Source: Podarcis liolepis
Taxonomy: Eukaryota
Length of the DNA stretch: 64,000 nucleotides
Reading direction: 5' to 3' (one strand)
NCBI GenBank assembly: GCA_965112155.1
Contig: OZ218103.1
Below, in pieces: positions 63,653-64,000 of the stretch. Each line of letters begins with the position of its first letter. Within the stretch, counting starts at the first letter, position 1. The notes under the pieces were generated by a model. That model worked only from the letters and a program-made list of their open reading frames with translations. It had not been told where the DNA came from and searched no databases. Position numbers and translations under genes: made by a program.

Positions 63653-64000
63653 GAGTCCTAGGAGGCACCTATGGCAGTAGCCGGAAAGGCTGAACCAAGG
63701 AGTGTTTTCCTAGAGCACGGGTCCTGGAAACCTAAAATGCTAACGTGAAAGCCTTATGTCTCATTGTCCAACTGGCAAGCAAAACGGGCAATGAATTAGA
63801 AACAGTTGCAGAACACAGGTTTATGTCTGCCATCACGGGAAGGAACATATTATTGGAAAAGAAGCCAGTCCCATGATGCTGTCTGGCTGTAATTTGGGTC
63901 CATTCTTCTCTGAAGCTTGCTTTAGTGATGTATTAATATCATCTGTTTGAAATGAATCTTGAATTGTGCTGCATGGTTCCATTTGGCTTCAGCCACTCCT

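Noticed and set aside
6000-64000. TSPAN2 or other genes expected downstream of NGF by synteny
   Set aside because: No tetraspanin-like or other recognisable exon in the ORF track or by eye. Very short exons or lncRNA exons cannot be excluded.

Overview
Vertebrate genomic DNA, almost certainly from a squamate reptile and probably a lacertid lizard. This assignment is inferred from the Sauria SINEs, the BovB, CR1, L2, L1 and Penelope repeat landscape, and a squamate-type NGF protein. The only host protein-coding sequence I can support is the single coding (last) exon of NGF (beta nerve growth factor): acceptor AG at 5014-5015, ATG at 5028, stop at 5757-5759, then a short AU-rich 3' UTR with ATTAAA at 5891. 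Bases 1-5015 are the end of the last NGF intron, and the remaining ~58 kb is gene-poor DNA full of transposons and simple repeats. Many insertions still have readable target-site duplications (TSDs). The most unusual structures are: (i) a Sauria SINE split by a tandem double CR1 insertion, giving a Pol III head plus a 592-codon in-frame reverse-transcriptase ORF; (ii) a three-level nest of MITEs; (iii) a Penelope-derived 133-bp palindrome that looks like a collapsed hammerhead-ribozyme remnant; (iv) a hAT-like MITE carrying an L2 3' end; (v) a candidate alternative NGF splice acceptor that would add an in-frame stop and a uORF. I see no convincing evidence of a new multi-gene system. Repeat family names come from my recollection of consensus sequences, not from a database search.
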